DNA from: Candidatus Latescibacterota bacterium | Lineage (GTDB): Bacteria; Latescibacterota; UBA2968; GCA-2709665 | Direction of reading: 5' to 3' | Assembly (NCBI GenBank): GCA_965226795.1 | Contig: CBDDDZ010000005.1 | Coordinates: 2,720,001-2,784,000, forward strand | Length of the DNA: 64,000 nt | Shown here: positions 49,923 through 60,599 of the stretch, piece after piece | Numbering within the stretch: the first letter of the stretch is position 1 | How the letters are laid out: the number at the start of each line of letters is the position of its first letter | Position numbers and translations under genes: made by a program | The notes under the pieces: model-generated | Databases searched by the model: none | What the model saw: only the letters and a program-made list of their open reading frames with translations | Told to the model about the DNA's origin: nothing

Positions 49923-52886
49923 TCAATTCTCCCAGCGTTTGAATCCGGTGTGGACAACTTTAAACGCGTCGCCCGATTCAAAGTCGTAGCGGAATCCTTT
50001 TGAGTCATCCAGGTCGTCCACCATACCGCGGATGAAATTTTCATCGCCGACGTGGATGAAGGTCATATTGTTTTTTCGCTCGACGCTCCGGATCCGATAG
50101 CAGGCATCGCGTTCGTTATCGTTCCGGATGGAGATGTAAGCGCCTGCGAGGGATCCTTTGGGTGGTGGCCCGGTTGTGTGGATAACCCCGGGCTCGTGGG
50201 TAAAGACGATGCCGGTCCAGGCGGCTTCCGCTATCTGGATTGCGTGAGATTCGGTACCTAAGATAGTCCCGCCGACGAGCGTGGCCCATCGCGGGCCGTT
50301 TTTCGATTCCGCAAAGATTCCGAACATGCCGTTGAAGCGAATGCGGCCGCCTACGTTGACGGAACTGTGCCCGTCGCCGAAAATGACTGTGTGGGTAAAT
50401 TCGTCCGGCAGGCGGACTCTCAGAGCACGGAGAGCGGGTCCGCCAGGGAGGTCGATTTCTTCAATTTGCACAACATTCCGGTTTTTTCTGAAAGCTTCGA
50501 TAAGGCACAAATAGCCGGAATCGAGGGGCGTTTCACCCTCATGGGCGACAACGCCGTAGGTCAAACGCCGGGGGTTGCCGGGTTTGTTGCGCGGTGGATC
50601 GCCGTGACAGAGAGCAATCTCGCCAGGGGCGTTTATCAAGTTCCATCGCAGGTGGATGTCGGTTGGAGCGCCGGGCATGGGTGATGCGGGGAGCACCTGC
50701 CACGTATCGGCAATGGTCCAGTCTACGGAGACCGTGCCGGCCGGTGCAGTACACCGCTTTACGTCGTAAAGGTACTGGAAGCCGCTGCCACTGTAGCTGC
50801 GTACCTCGCCATCGTAAAATTCTCCAAACTTGACGTCTTCACCTGCGTAGGTGCCGTTATCCTGCGGCGTTAGTTCGAGACCCTCAGTCCGGACGATCCC
50901 TTCGGCTGCGTGGAAGAGAAAGTGGTGGGAAGTTCCGCCGGAGACCAGGAAAAGGTCTGCCACATAGAAGTCCGTATCGGAGACGCGCACAAGCGCGCTG
51001 GTGCGACGGTAGATCGAGCACTGTGGATAGACGTCAGTCGATGAAACGGAGACCACCTGTGCTTCCTCCGTGGTTGCATAGAAGTCGACCTTTCCGGAGT
51101 AGTCGCCATTCTGCTTGCTTCGGTCGACAAGAACCGTGTTGTGGGAGACGGTATGGCTGGTCCAGCCTGAGCGTTTGGGCCATACACGCGCGTGTTCCGG
51201 ATAACCCAGGTCAGGCAGCAGGTCCAAGCCGAAACCGTAGAGACCCAGATTCAATCGGTCCGCATGCCCATGGCCGGTGTTACGGCCGTAATAGAGCCAG
51301 AGGGTGCGTTCGGTTTCATCCGTGCCGTCTCTGAGAAGTGCCAGACCGTACCCCGACATCACGTCAGAATCGAGGCGGAAGGGTCCATGTTTCGCTACGG
51401 TCTCTGTCACCCGACGCCGGATGGCTTCCGGATCCTCGTCGAAGATGCTGCCGTGAATCCGTGTCAGATCTCCACCAACGAGGTGGTGTGCAGCCCTGGC
51501 GAAAATGGGATCGCCGAACAGCTCTAGGCCCTCCAAACATTGCTCGGCGGTGAGACCGCAAAGGTTGGGGCTGCCCGTGTGGCCCGTGTCGCCAATATTG
51601 GGGATGTATTTTCCCAGGCAGATCATGCGGATGTGGCCAAGGAACATCTGCTTGTACCGCAAATATCCTCGGACGTTGTGACGGGTGTACGAGCTCCGGC
51701 ATCCAAGTACACGGTCCAGATCGTTCATACCCTGGGATTTGTGGAGCCAGCCCAAGCTGTAGGAGGGCGCGGCTTCGGAACCGATCCCGTCCCGGTCGAT
51801 TTCTGCCGCGAAGAGTTTCGGGATGTGACCGCCGTTCGGTTTTTGACCGCGCAGTCTGCCGGCTTTGAAGACCCAGTCCAGCCAGTGGTCGGTATCTTCC
51901 GCATCCAGGGCGACGGCGAGGACGGCCATCGTGACCTGGTCGCCGGGTTCGTTTCGGGCTACGTCGCCCGCGAGGATGGCGGCAATGCCCTCGCGGATGA
52001 TACGATCTACAATATGGCGGCACAGTTCGTCCACGTTGTTCTGGGAAAACAAACCGTGGACGTTTTGTTTACGTGAGAGGAAAGTGAAGAGTGGGTCGTC
52101 ATCCCGCCACGCCGTTCGGACGGCGTCATAACATTCCGTGAAGGTGATGAGCAGGCCCGGTTCCCAGATGCGGCCGTAGATACGACCCCGGCCGCTCAAT
52201 CCGTCCGAATTGAAGAATCCGAGTCTCGCCCAGTAGGACCAGTGCATGTCGGGATAGACGTCGGCGATTCTGGCCAGCAGAATGCCGGCTTTGTGGGCGT
52301 ACATGGGGTCGCCCGTGAGCAGGTATGCCCGCTTCAACCCTTGGCAGGCGGACCGTATTTCGTTCCAAATGCCATGGTGTCCATAGACGCCAACGAGTTT
52401 GAATGATTCTCCGGTGTCGTCGGTCCAGCCAGTACCGTCGTCCACGCACCACGCGTAAAGGGGGTCGTTGCTATCTGGATGTTGGGTGTTGAAGAGCAGG
52501 CTACGGTCGGCTTTCTCGGGATGAAAGAGCCCGTCGGGGCCTTTGCCGCTCTCGTAAAAAGCGGCAAAGTCGTTGCGGGGGAAACGGCCACCGCAGTTGG
52601 GGCAGATGATCTTCCAGGGGTCGCGGAGAACGTCCACTTTGAAGGCACCCCCATAGCGATTGATGCCGTCGCCGCATTGCGGACACCCTTTGGTGACGCT
52701 CGCGTTGGTGCTCCGACCGATGGTTTGCCCGGCAACCAGGGTCCGGAGGGCGTCATCGTCCAGATCAAGCCAGCGTCGGGCACAATCGACGGCAGCGTCC
52801 CGTTCCGCGGCAGCCCAGGGTATTTGTTTAATGTTGCGGCGCGCGTTGGTGATCCGTTCGGAGGCGATGAAATGTTCGCCGGACAT
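49923..52886 (-). CDS. Heparinase II/III-like polysaccharide lyase
   Basis: AYLLTGD, PNIGD, GHGHADRL, PDLGYP and SHNTVLVD; ATG 52886 preferred over the track start, which overlaps the upstream gene. Confidence 0.88.
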   Translation of the reverse strand: MSGEHFIASERITNARRNIKQIPWAAAERDAAVDCARRWLDLDDDALRTLVAGQTIGRSTNASVTKGCPQCGDGINRYGGAFKVDVLRDPWKIICPNCGGRFPRNDFAAFYESGKGPDGLFHPEKADRSLLFNTQHPDSNDPLYAWCVDDGTGWTDDTGESFKLVGVYGHHGIWNEIRSACQGLKRAYLLTGDPMYAHKAGILLARIADVYPDMHWSYWARLGFFNSDGLSGRGRIYGRIWEPGLLITFTECYDAVRTAWRDDDPLFTFLSRKQNVHGLFSQNNVDELCRHIVDRIIREGIAAILAGDVARNEPGDQVTMAVLAVALDAEDTDHWLDWVFKAGRLRGQKPNGGHIPKLFAAEIDRDGIGSEAAPSYSLGWLHKSQGMNDLDRVLGCRSSYTRHNVRGYLRYKQMFLGHIRMICLGKYIPNIGDTGHTGSPNLCGLTAEQCLEGLELFGDPIFARAAHHLVGGDLTRIHGSIFDEDPEAIRRRVTETVAKHGPFRLDSDVMSGYGLALLRDGTDETERTLWLYYGRNTGHGHADRLNLGLYGFGLDLLPDLGYPEHARVWPKRSGWTSHTVSHNTVLVDRSKQNGDYSGKVDFYATTEEAQVVSVSSTDVYPQCSIYRRTSALVRVSDTDFYVADLFLVSGGTSHHFLFHAAEGIVRTEGLELTPQDNGTYAGEDVKFGEFYDGEVRSYSGSGFQYLYDVKRCTAPAGTVSVDWTIADTWQVLPASPMPGAPTDIHLRWNLINAPGEIALCHGDPPRNKPGNPRRLTYGVVAHEGETPLDSGYLCLIEAFRKNRNVVQIEEIDLPGGPALRALRVRLPDEFTHTVIFGDGHSSVNVGGRIRFNGMFGIFAESKNGPRWATLVGGTILGTESHAIQIAEAAWTGIVFTHEPGVIHTTGPPPKGSLAGAYISIRNDNERDACYRIRSVERKNNMTFIHVGDENFIRGMVDDLDDSKGFRYDFESGDAFKVVHTGFKRWEN

Positions 52887-53022
52887 GGAGAACCTTAAGC
52901 GACGGGGACTTGAGGGTGACACTTGAGATAGCGCTCGATCGGCGGCATGGCGCGCGACGCGCCTCTCCCAGCGGGCGAGAAAGGAACCAACGGGCGACGC
53001 TTCGGTCCGGTCAATTCGAGCA

Positions 53023-54558
53023 TCAGGCCAGATCCTCGAGGATTTCCTGTGCGGCATTGTGGCCTGGAATACCGCTCACTTCACCGCCGGGATGCTGCCC
53101 CGCGCCGCAAAGGTACAGGCCTTTCTGCGGGGCTCGGTATTGCGAGAGTTCCGGAAGGGGCCGGTTCCAGAAGAGATGTTCGCCGGCGTGTTGTACATGC
53201 CAGATACAACCGTCAGTCAGGCCGTTCTCCCGTTCGATGTCCCGGGGCGTTCGGAAGATATAGTTTCGGATGGAGGATCTGAAGTTGGGCGCAAACTCGG
53301 TGACCTGGTCGATGATGCCTTCGGCGATCTCCTCTCGGACGTTGTCCCAGGCGCCGGAGCGCAGGCTCGCGGGCGCCGGATAGATCCACACGGAGGCGGT
53401 GTGATAACCCGGCTGCGTAAGGGTGAGGTCTGCGAACGAAGGCATTGAAAAACTGATAACGGGTTTGCGCACGGGCAGGCCCGCTTCCAGCTCGTCATAG
53501 GCCGCGTCGATTTCCGCCCTCGAGGCGTGAAGCGTGATCGCACCCCGGTGGGGTTGTTCCGGGTCCCCGTCCCAATACTTCCACTGCGGCGCTTCGCTAA
53601 TAACGGCGAGGAGTTTGTAACAGCTTACGTTTGTGATAAGGCCTTCAAGACGCCTGCGCAACCGGGCGTCCAACCATTCGGACGGCATGAGTCTGAGGAA
53701 GGTGTGCTTGGGGTCCAGGTTGGAGACGGTGATACGGCTGCGGACTTCCTCCCCGTTTTCCAGGCGGACACCAATAACGGCGTTGTCTTCCACGAGGAAA
53801 CCCTCGACGCCTGCGTCGAGGTGGATAGCCACGCCGGCCTCCTGCGCTGCGGCGGCGATTGCATCGCTGACGGCGCCCATTCCGCCTTCGACGTAACCAT
53901 AAGGATGGGCTTCCCCCGTTTCGGTGTCGGGACGGTTGATGGAACCGTAGGCGAAGTGCAGGCCCAGGGGATTCCGGCCGACGGAGGCGCCCTCCGAGGC
54001 GTGGAGGTCCTTCAGGTGGCCGGTAGAAAGGAACTGGTTCTGAAGTTCCCGGATTCGAGTCGAAATGGCCCTGTCGAGCACGCCGGCCGCGGGCGTGCCG
54101 GCTATCCGGGAACGTACTTCATCCAGGGGTGGGGGCGCCTGGAACCTGTAGGGAGTGACGATGTCCGTGAGAATCCGCTTGAATTCTCCGTAGCGATGCG
54201 AATCCGCGCGTTCGGTGTCCGTGAGGCGGCTCCTGTGGGTCCGGTTCCTGGGAGAGTCGTGATCTGAGGGCCCGTGATAGGTTCCATCGGGGCGGAGGCG
54301 GATGTACCCCTCGCGGGGCAGCATTTTCATCCCGCGTTCGTAGAGCTTGAGATCTCGTATAATTCTCGGCGGCAGGCCATGGATCATGTGGGCGCAGGTA
54401 GAGAAATGGAACCCGGGCCAAAGTTCTTCGGTGACGGAGGCGCCACCGACGAAGGAACGGCGTTCAAACACACTGACCTTCAGCCCGGCCTTTGCGAGAT
54501 AGGCGGCGGCGGTGAGGCCATTGTGGCCTGCGCCTACGACGATGACATCCGAATCCAT
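53023..54558 (-). CDS. Phytoene dehydrogenase-like FAD-dependent oxidoreductase
   Basis: [31 protein letters not shown] and [24 protein letters not shown]. Confidence 0.93.
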   Translation of the reverse strand: MDSDVIVVGAGHNGLTAAAYLAKAGLKVSVFERRSFVGGASVTEELWPGFHFSTCAHMIHGLPPRIIRDLKLYERGMKMLPREGYIRLRPDGTYHGPSDHDSPRNRTHRSRLTDTERADSHRYGEFKRILTDIVTPYRFQAPPPLDEVRSRIAGTPAAGVLDRAISTRIRELQNQFLSTGHLKDLHASEGASVGRNPLGLHFAYGSINRPDTETGEAHPYGYVEGGMGAVSDAIAAAAQEAGVAIHLDAGVEGFLVEDNAVIGVRLENGEEVRSRITVSNLDPKHTFLRLMPSEWLDARLRRRLEGLITNVSCYKLLAVISEAPQWKYWDGDPEQPHRGAITLHASRAEIDAAYDELEAGLPVRKPVISFSMPSFADLTLTQPGYHTASVWIYPAPASLRSGAWDNVREEIAEGIIDQVTEFAPNFRSSIRNYIFRTPRDIERENGLTDGCIWHVQHAGEHLFWNRPLPELSQYRAPQKGLYLCGAGQHPGGEVSGIPGHNAAQEILEDLA

Positions 54559-54621
54559 AAAAAGGGTTCCCTTCGTTTCAAACCGATCCCGCCCGCCCCT
54601 GAACGGAATGGCCTCCTGAAA

Positions 54622-54870
54622 TTATCTTACGGTTGCAGCCTTGTGGTGGGGGCGGCGCCAGCTGCAGTTTGACCAGCCAATCTTCGTCGTCTCACTGTCG
54701 GAGATGGGACATTTGAAGGATTCCGCGGCCTGGGCTTCGAGGTCTGCCCGGACGACGGCCCCTGGGATTTCCAGTTCAATGCCCGAAAGCTGAGTAACTT
54801 CGCTAATATGGGTTTCACCGCCGATAATCACAATACGCTTCCTGTGCGACTCCGTTCGATGTTTCGACAT
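54622..54870 (-). pseudogene. Probable truncated Gfo/Idh/MocA-type oxidoreductase N-terminus
   Basis: RIVIIGGETHISEV...GAVVR...AAESFKCPISD Rossmann-like start that turns into unrelated sequence; overlaps the upstream gene by 56 nt. Confidence 0.4.
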
Positions 54871-56296
54871 AAGCGTTTAAATGCGCAAGGGCACGGCCGC
54901 TGTCGATTGCGCCCTTTGCGCGTTCAATGGCTGCGGATGGGTCGACATCAAATCCGAGCAGATTGTCTTTAATTGCCGCGTCGAGCACGATCTGGTCGTA
55001 GACCCAGCCTCTTTGTCCGGAAAGAGCGGCGCAGCCCGCTTTCGCGAAGGCTTCCGCACACACAGTCTCGGGTCTCGGATGACGGTCGTAACAGAACCCC
55101 CCGGCAGCCGGGTTAATGTCGCGATCGAATATTTCCAATCGCCCCGCGCTGGTTCTGAAACCCCTTATGTTGTTAATGGCCTTTCGTTCACCGTCGGAGG
55201 GTTTGCCCAGTCGCAGGCCGAAGGAGCCGGAGCCTTCCATGCCCTTCACGACGAGGGCGGAGTTGAGACCGCGATCCCTTGCCAGTTGAAGAAACATGTC
55301 CTCGTAGCCCGGATGGTAGTAGCCGACCACCATGTGGTTCTCGCCGGGACACGTGAAGAGCTGCTGGGCCTTCTCCGTAACCGCCCAGGGAGGCCGTTTT
55401 TTTATGTGTACACGGAGTTCCCTCGCAGCGTAGGCGGCTGGCGAGAAGATGCGCTGGCTGACGTAGGCAAAACCCACACGCGGGTTCTCAATCAGACCTC
55501 CAGCCTGTTCCAGAGTGAGGTCCACGTTTGCCTCCAGCGCCTTCAGGATCTGTTCGTCGGTGACTCCCCATTTCGGCGGCATTCCATCTACACCGTGCAG
55601 AACCGTCGGGCGTCCCAGCGCCGCCCTGATCGCCGCGACGAAAAGGGTTGGGCGGAAATATCTGCTCGATCCGTCGTACGGTTCACCGAAATGGGTGAGC
55701 GAGCCGACGTTCAATTCCACGACGCCGGACGGGTCAAACGCGGCGTCCAGGTATCCGCGCGTCTCGTCGTATGTTTCGCGGTTCATCCGCTGGCCGATGA
55801 GTGCCGCGCCCTTGAGCGCGCCTCGCACCCGTCCGTTCAGGATGGCGTCGCACATCCGCAGGGTTTCGCCATAGCTGAGATGCTCCCCGGCGAGGATTTC
55901 ACCGAGAGCGGAAATGAGAAAAGCTTCCTGTTCGTTTTGCGCTTGCGGTTTCCTGCGCGTGTCCAGCAGAAAGTGGATTTCGGGCGGCAGGTTTTGACGG
56001 AGGGCCGAACGATATCTTTCAAATGCTTCGGTTTCCGCGCAACTCCACCGGGTCTCGGGAGGATAGCGGCGTCGCAGGGCCATGGCCACGAAGAAAGCGC
56101 CCATTTGAACGGACGATACCCGTAGCGTATCGGGCAATTCTCCCCTGGCCGAACCGAGAATCAGATCCAGAATACGGCCGGGTTGGGGGTCCGAGGGTTT
56201 CAGACCCAGCGGGCGTGATTGATGGGGTCCGGTGCAGACGCGGGATTGGGCTTCCAGTACTTCGGGGTTCGGACCCGGGTGGACTTCAGACGTCAT
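54815..56296 (-). CDS. Anthranilate phosphoribosyltransferase-like (TrpD/YbiB-like) protein
   Basis: QMGAFF, RMNRET, GEPYDGSSR, LHGVDGMPPKWGVT, IKKRPPWA, GYYHPGYE and KGMEGS. Confidence 0.85.
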   Translation of the reverse strand: MTSEVHPGPNPEVLEAQSRVCTGPHQSRPLGLKPSDPQPGRILDLILGSARGELPDTLRVSSVQMGAFFVAMALRRRYPPETRWSCAETEAFERYRSALRQNLPPEIHFLLDTRRKPQAQNEQEAFLISALGEILAGEHLSYGETLRMCDAILNGRVRGALKGAALIGQRMNRETYDETRGYLDAAFDPSGVVELNVGSLTHFGEPYDGSSRYFRPTLFVAAIRAALGRPTVLHGVDGMPPKWGVTDEQILKALEANVDLTLEQAGGLIENPRVGFAYVSQRIFSPAAYAARELRVHIKKRPPWAVTEKAQQLFTCPGENHMVVGYYHPGYEDMFLQLARDRGLNSALVVKGMEGSGSFGLRLGKPSDGERKAINNIRGFRTSAGRLEIFDRDINPAAGGFCYDRHPRPETVCAEAFAKAGCAALSGQRGWVYDQIVLDAAIKDNLLGFDVDPSAAIERAKGAIDSGRALAHLNAYVETSNGVAQEAYCDYRR

Positions 56297-56526
56297 GGCA
56301 TTGGTATCCTTCAGTGATATTGAGTCGGCGATAGTATACATGAAATCAGGTGTGCTATCAAGTGCGTCGGGCGGTGCCTCTAATCTCGAAGGATGTGTAC
56401 CAGGCCGATTCCGGCGCACCATTCCAGGCGATTCGGGATTGAAAAAGTTGTTTGCAAGGAAAGTTTTTTTTGTTAAATAAGACGTAATTGACGAAACGGA
56501 ATTTCTGGCTGTACTTGAGACGGAAA

Positions 56527-57318
56527 ATGACGGTATTCCATTTGGCATGGTGTCTTGTCATATTGAGTTGGATGAATACCCGGCTTCAGGCTGAGTCCGT
56601 CAGGGTGTATGCCGCGGTCAGCCTGATCGGTTCAATGAAGCAGATTGAAAGAATATTCGAGAAGGAGAACAATGTAGAGATCCGGTTTTCGTTCGGGGCG
56701 TCTTCGACACTGGCCAGGCAGATCGAGTGGGGGGCGCCGGCCGAGGTATACTTCTCCGCGAATCCGGTATGGATGGATTATCTGGACTCACGAGGCCTGA
56801 TACACCCGGACAGCCGGATCGACCTGCTTGGCAACACGCTGGTGGTGGTAGCTCCCCGGGGAGAGGGGTTTAACGTTGTATGCGAAAAGGGATTTGATTT
56901 TGCCGCGGCGTTCGATGGACCGCTGGCGGTAGCGGACCCCGATCTGGTTCCCGCCGGGATATACGCGAAGCAGGCGCTCGTCCGCCTGGGATGGTGGGCG
57001 GATCTGAACGGACGGATGGCCATCGGTCAGGATGTGCGTTCGGCGCTTGCATTTGTGGAACGGGGTGCCTGCGCGGCAGGCGTTGTGTATGCGACCGACG
57101 CGGCCTCAAGCGACCGGGTGGAAGCGCTGGCCGTGTTTCCGGACGAGACACATGAAGCGATTGTTTATACCGCTGCAATCGTGAAGGGAAGAAGTGGTGC
57201 GAATGCGCGGCGGTTAATGGATTTCCTGAAGTCGACACCAGCTTCCGAAATATTCAGAGAGGATGGCTTTCAGGTTCCGGCCTCCCGGCGAAAGACCGAA
57301 CGACCGGGAAGGGACTGA
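56527..57318 (+). CDS. modA: Molybdate ABC transporter substrate-binding protein
   Basis: YAAVSL, FGASSTLARQI, SAN, VPAGIYA, DVRSAL and VYATDA. Confidence 0.93.
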   Translation: MTVFHLAWCLVILSWMNTRLQAESVRVYAAVSLIGSMKQIERIFEKENNVEIRFSFGASSTLARQIEWGAPAEVYFSANPVWMDYLDSRGLIHPDSRIDLLGNTLVVVAPRGEGFNVVCEKGFDFAAAFDGPLAVADPDLVPAGIYAKQALVRLGWWADLNGRMAIGQDVRSALAFVERGACAAGVVYATDAASSDRVEALAVFPDETHEAIVYTAAIVKGRSGANARRLMDFLKSTPASEIFREDGFQVPASRRKTERPGRD

Positions 57319-57465
57319 CCCAACAAGCGCGATTTCCAGTCGTTCATGATGCGCCGATGGCGGCTGCGTACCAATAGGACGTACGATCTTTCGGCGGCGG
57401 TGCCGTGCCGCAGGTCGACGACATCGAAAATACATTCGCATTCCAACCGTACAGGGGAAGACGGA

Positions 57466-58584
57466 ATGACTGTTTTGGAGAGGTTGAATATCGGCGTTTC
57501 CGGCGCGGCGGGCAGAGGCGGAAGTTTTCGGGCGGCTTTTGACGCCCATCCCGTCGCCCGGCTGCATGCCGTCTGCGATATCCGGGAGGAAATGCTGGAC
57601 GCGGCGGCCGAAAAGCTGGGCGCCTCGGAGACCTATACAGACTATGAGGAAATGCTGGAAAAATCCGACCTGGATGCCGTGGTTATCGGCACGCCAATGC
57701 AGTTCCACGCTCCACAGGCGATAGCGGCCCTGGAGTTGGGCGTGCATGTGTTGAGCGAAGTGACGGCGGCGGTTTCAGTTGACGAGTGCAAACGCCTCGT
57801 AGCCGCCGCCACTGCCACCCGGGCGATATACATGATGGCCGAAAATTTCACGTATATGAAGCCTAATGTGCTGGTGAAAGAGCTCGTGCGGTGCGGACTG
57901 TTCGGAGAGGTCTATTATGGGGAGGGGGAGTACATCCACGAGTTGAAGGAGTTGAATGAGAAAACCACGTGGCGGCGGAAATGGCAGACCGGGATCGACG
58001 GCGTTACGTATGGCACTCACAGCCTGGGACCGATTCTTCAGTGGATGGCGGGTGACCGCGTGGCACGGGTCTGCTGCGAGGGCAGCGGACATCATTACCA
58101 AGATCCCAGAGGGGATCAATATGAGAATCAGGACTCCTGCGTGATGCTGTGCAAAACCGCCCGAGGCGGGTTGATCAAGATTCGGGTCGATATGCTGTCG
58201 GAGCGACCCCATTCAATGACGAACTATTCACTTCAAGGCACCACCGGGTGTTACGAGTCGGCCCGTGCGAAAGGGGAGATGCACCGGATCTGGCTGGCGG
58301 ATTTGTGCGAGGACAGGAATTCCTGGATGGATCTGCTGGAATTGGAAGAAGAATATATGCCGGAGATGTGGCGCAACCCTTCCGAAGATGCGCTAAAGGC
58401 GGGCCACGGCGGAGGGGATTATTTCGAGATTCTTGATTTCGCAAACGCCATCGCGGGAACGGGGCCGTGCCCCATCGGGATTCACCAGGCTATGGACATG
58501 ACGCTGCCAGGCCTGATCAGCCAGGCATCCATCGCAAATGGCGGCGAATGGCTGGATGTGCCCGATTCGAGGAACTGGGTGTAG
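57466..58584 (+). CDS. Gfo/Idh/MocA family oxidoreductase
   Basis: LDAVVIGTPMQFHA, HVLSEV, MMAENF, GEYIH, YGTHSLGP and GHGGGD. Confidence 0.93.
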   Translation: MTVLERLNIGVSGAAGRGGSFRAAFDAHPVARLHAVCDIREEMLDAAAEKLGASETYTDYEEMLEKSDLDAVVIGTPMQFHAPQAIAALELGVHVLSEVTAAVSVDECKRLVAAATATRAIYMMAENFTYMKPNVLVKELVRCGLFGEVYYGEGEYIHELKELNEKTTWRRKWQTGIDGVTYGTHSLGPILQWMAGDRVARVCCEGSGHHYQDPRGDQYENQDSCVMLCKTARGGLIKIRVDMLSERPHSMTNYSLQGTTGCYESARAKGEMHRIWLADLCEDRNSWMDLLELEEEYMPEMWRNPSEDALKAGHGGGDYFEILDFANAIAGTGPCPIGIHQAMDMTLPGLISQASIANGGEWLDVPDSRNWV

Positions 58585-58636
58585 AGACATGACGCCGGGA
58601 ACCTCGAGATGACGCCCGATCCACACTCTTGAAACC

Positions 58637-59425
58637 TCATACCGTTTTCGGCGACAACGCATCTGTTCCAAAAATGACCGAGAAAGCGTCGCCGCGTGCT
58701 GATTCCGTTGCCGCGTGCATGTAACAGGCGCTGAACGCCCTGCGGGGGACGTCGGTATGGTTCGTACCGGAGCTGTGCAACAGCCAGTTGTGCAAGAGTA
58801 CGACTTCACCCGCGTCGAGTTCCAGGTAGACGTAATCGACCTCTCGCATCCGTTCGTCGATCTGCTCAGAATTAAGAAATCCGCTCGCGTTTTCGGGGTT
58901 GACCAGACCCCATTTGTGTGACCCGGGGATGATTTTAACGCAACCGTTTTCGATGGTGGCAGGGTCTAGAGCCGTCCATATGGTAACGAGTGGATCCCGG
59001 TCGAGGTCGGTCCAGCGGTCCTGGTGCCAGGTAAGGTCGTGGCCTTTCCCGGCCGGTTTGTTCATAAACATGGCACGGAAGCAGGCCACCGGCGCATCCC
59101 GCCCGTAGACGCGGGAACAAATGCTCCGAAAAAGGGGTTTCTGCATGTAGGCGAGGAAAAGGTCATCGAACTCCAGATCCTGGATTTTTCGATAGTTCAG
59201 CGTGGCGCCCTTGTGACCCCTGGTCTGGGGTCCGGGGCCGTCCCGGCCTTCGACGACGTCCAGTTGCATCAGCATTCGATTGTAATCCAGCGGGGCCGTA
59301 CCCAGCATAATGTCGTCAATTCGACGTTTGAGGGCGGCCGCGTCGGCCGCGTCTGCAACCCTGCCGAGGTGAAGATAACCCCTGGCTTCAAACCGTTTCC
59401 ACTGTTCGTCTGTCAGAGTGTTCAT
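58637..59425 (-). CDS. Phytanoyl-CoA dioxygenase (PhyH) family Fe(II)/2OG dioxygenase
   Basis: WHQD, WTALD, NGC...PGSH and LHSSGTN...RR. Confidence 0.93.
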   Translation of the reverse strand: MNTLTDEQWKRFEARGYLHLGRVADAADAAALKRRIDDIMLGTAPLDYNRMLMQLDVVEGRDGPGPQTRGHKGATLNYRKIQDLEFDDLFLAYMQKPLFRSICSRVYGRDAPVACFRAMFMNKPAGKGHDLTWHQDRWTDLDRDPLVTIWTALDPATIENGCVKIIPGSHKWGLVNPENASGFLNSEQIDERMREVDYVYLELDAGEVVLLHNWLLHSSGTNHTDVPRRAFSACYMHAATESARGDAFSVIFGTDALSPKTV

Positions 59426-59579
59426 AGGCTGCATCCGGCGGTGAACCGTCGAACCCGGCGTCCGCGATGCGGTTTCGGAGGATAAGGGTCGAACGCATCC
59501 CGATTCGGCGAGAGCGGGACACTCGAAGCAAGATAACAAAGTAAGGATCGTACATCAAGTTTCCCACGAGGAGCGGCCA

Positions 59580-60551
59580 ATGTCGGATACGGTATTGTAT
59601 CTCTCAAGAAATGACGTGGAAAAGGTGGATTTGTCGATGGCGGAAATCATCGACGGGCTGGACCGGATGTTCGTGGAAAAAGGAGAAGGTAAAGCGGAAA
59701 TGCCACCCAAGCCGGGCATCCATACGCAGCCGGATGCCTTTATTCATGCGATGCCGGCGTATATACCGAGCCTTGAATCGGCCGGAATGAAGTGGGTATC
59801 CGGGTACCCTGCAAACCAGGAGAAGGGGTTGCCGTACATTAGCGGGTTGCTGATTCTGAACGATCCTGAAACCGGCATTCCCACGTGCGTTATGGATTGC
59901 ACATGGATCACGGCGATGCGGACGGGAGCGGCAACGACGGTTGCCGCGAAGTATCTGGCACGCAAGGATAGCTCGACTGTTGGCATTGTCGCCTGTGGCG
60001 TTCAGGGTCGCGGCAATCTTGAAGCGCTGTCGTGTGTTTTCGACATCAGGGAAGTTAAGGCGTACGATCTTTATCCTGAGCTTGCGGATCGATTCGCCGC
60101 GGAAATGGGACCCCGACTGGGGGTGCGGATCGAGCCGGTTCGCGAGGTTTCACAGGCCGTCAAGGGGCTGGACCTTGTGGTGACCAGCGGACCCGTCAGG
60201 CAACGACCGGCGCCAGTCGTGGACGCCGGCTGGCTGGCGGAGGGGTCATTCGCATGCCCTCTGGATTTCGATTCCTGCTTTCGGGCCGAAGCATTCCGCG
60301 AAGCGGACAAGCTGGCAAGCGACGATACCGATCAGTTGAATTATTACCGGCAGACCGGTTATTTCAGCGATACACCTGAACCGTATGCCGATCTTGGTGA
60401 AATCGCGGCCGGGCTGAAACCCGGACGGGAGTCGGACACAGAGCGCACGATTGCGATCAATCTGGGCCTGGGCCTGGAAGACATGGCCACTGCAATACTC
60501 GTTTACCGCCGTGCGGTGGAACGGGAAATCGGGATTGTGTTACCTTTGTAA
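59580..60551 (+). CDS. Ornithine cyclodeaminase/mu-crystallin family protein
   Basis: MPPK, HAMPAY, GMKWVS, ITAMRTGA, ACGVQG and GLGLED. Confidence 0.93.
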   Translation: MSDTVLYLSRNDVEKVDLSMAEIIDGLDRMFVEKGEGKAEMPPKPGIHTQPDAFIHAMPAYIPSLESAGMKWVSGYPANQEKGLPYISGLLILNDPETGIPTCVMDCTWITAMRTGAATTVAAKYLARKDSSTVGIVACGVQGRGNLEALSCVFDIREVKAYDLYPELADRFAAEMGPRLGVRIEPVREVSQAVKGLDLVVTSGPVRQRPAPVVDAGWLAEGSFACPLDFDSCFRAEAFREADKLASDDTDQLNYYRQTGYFSDTPEPYADLGEIAAGLKPGRESDTERTIAINLGLGLEDMATAILVYRRAVEREIGIVLPL

Positions 60552-60599
60552 TGATGACCCGCATCGGGTACGCGTTCAGGTGGACACGCGTCTCTGAAG

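Noticed and set aside
56325..56345. Possible ModE box upstream of modA
   Set aside because: CGATAGTATAC is a poor half-site and lacks the palindromic partner.
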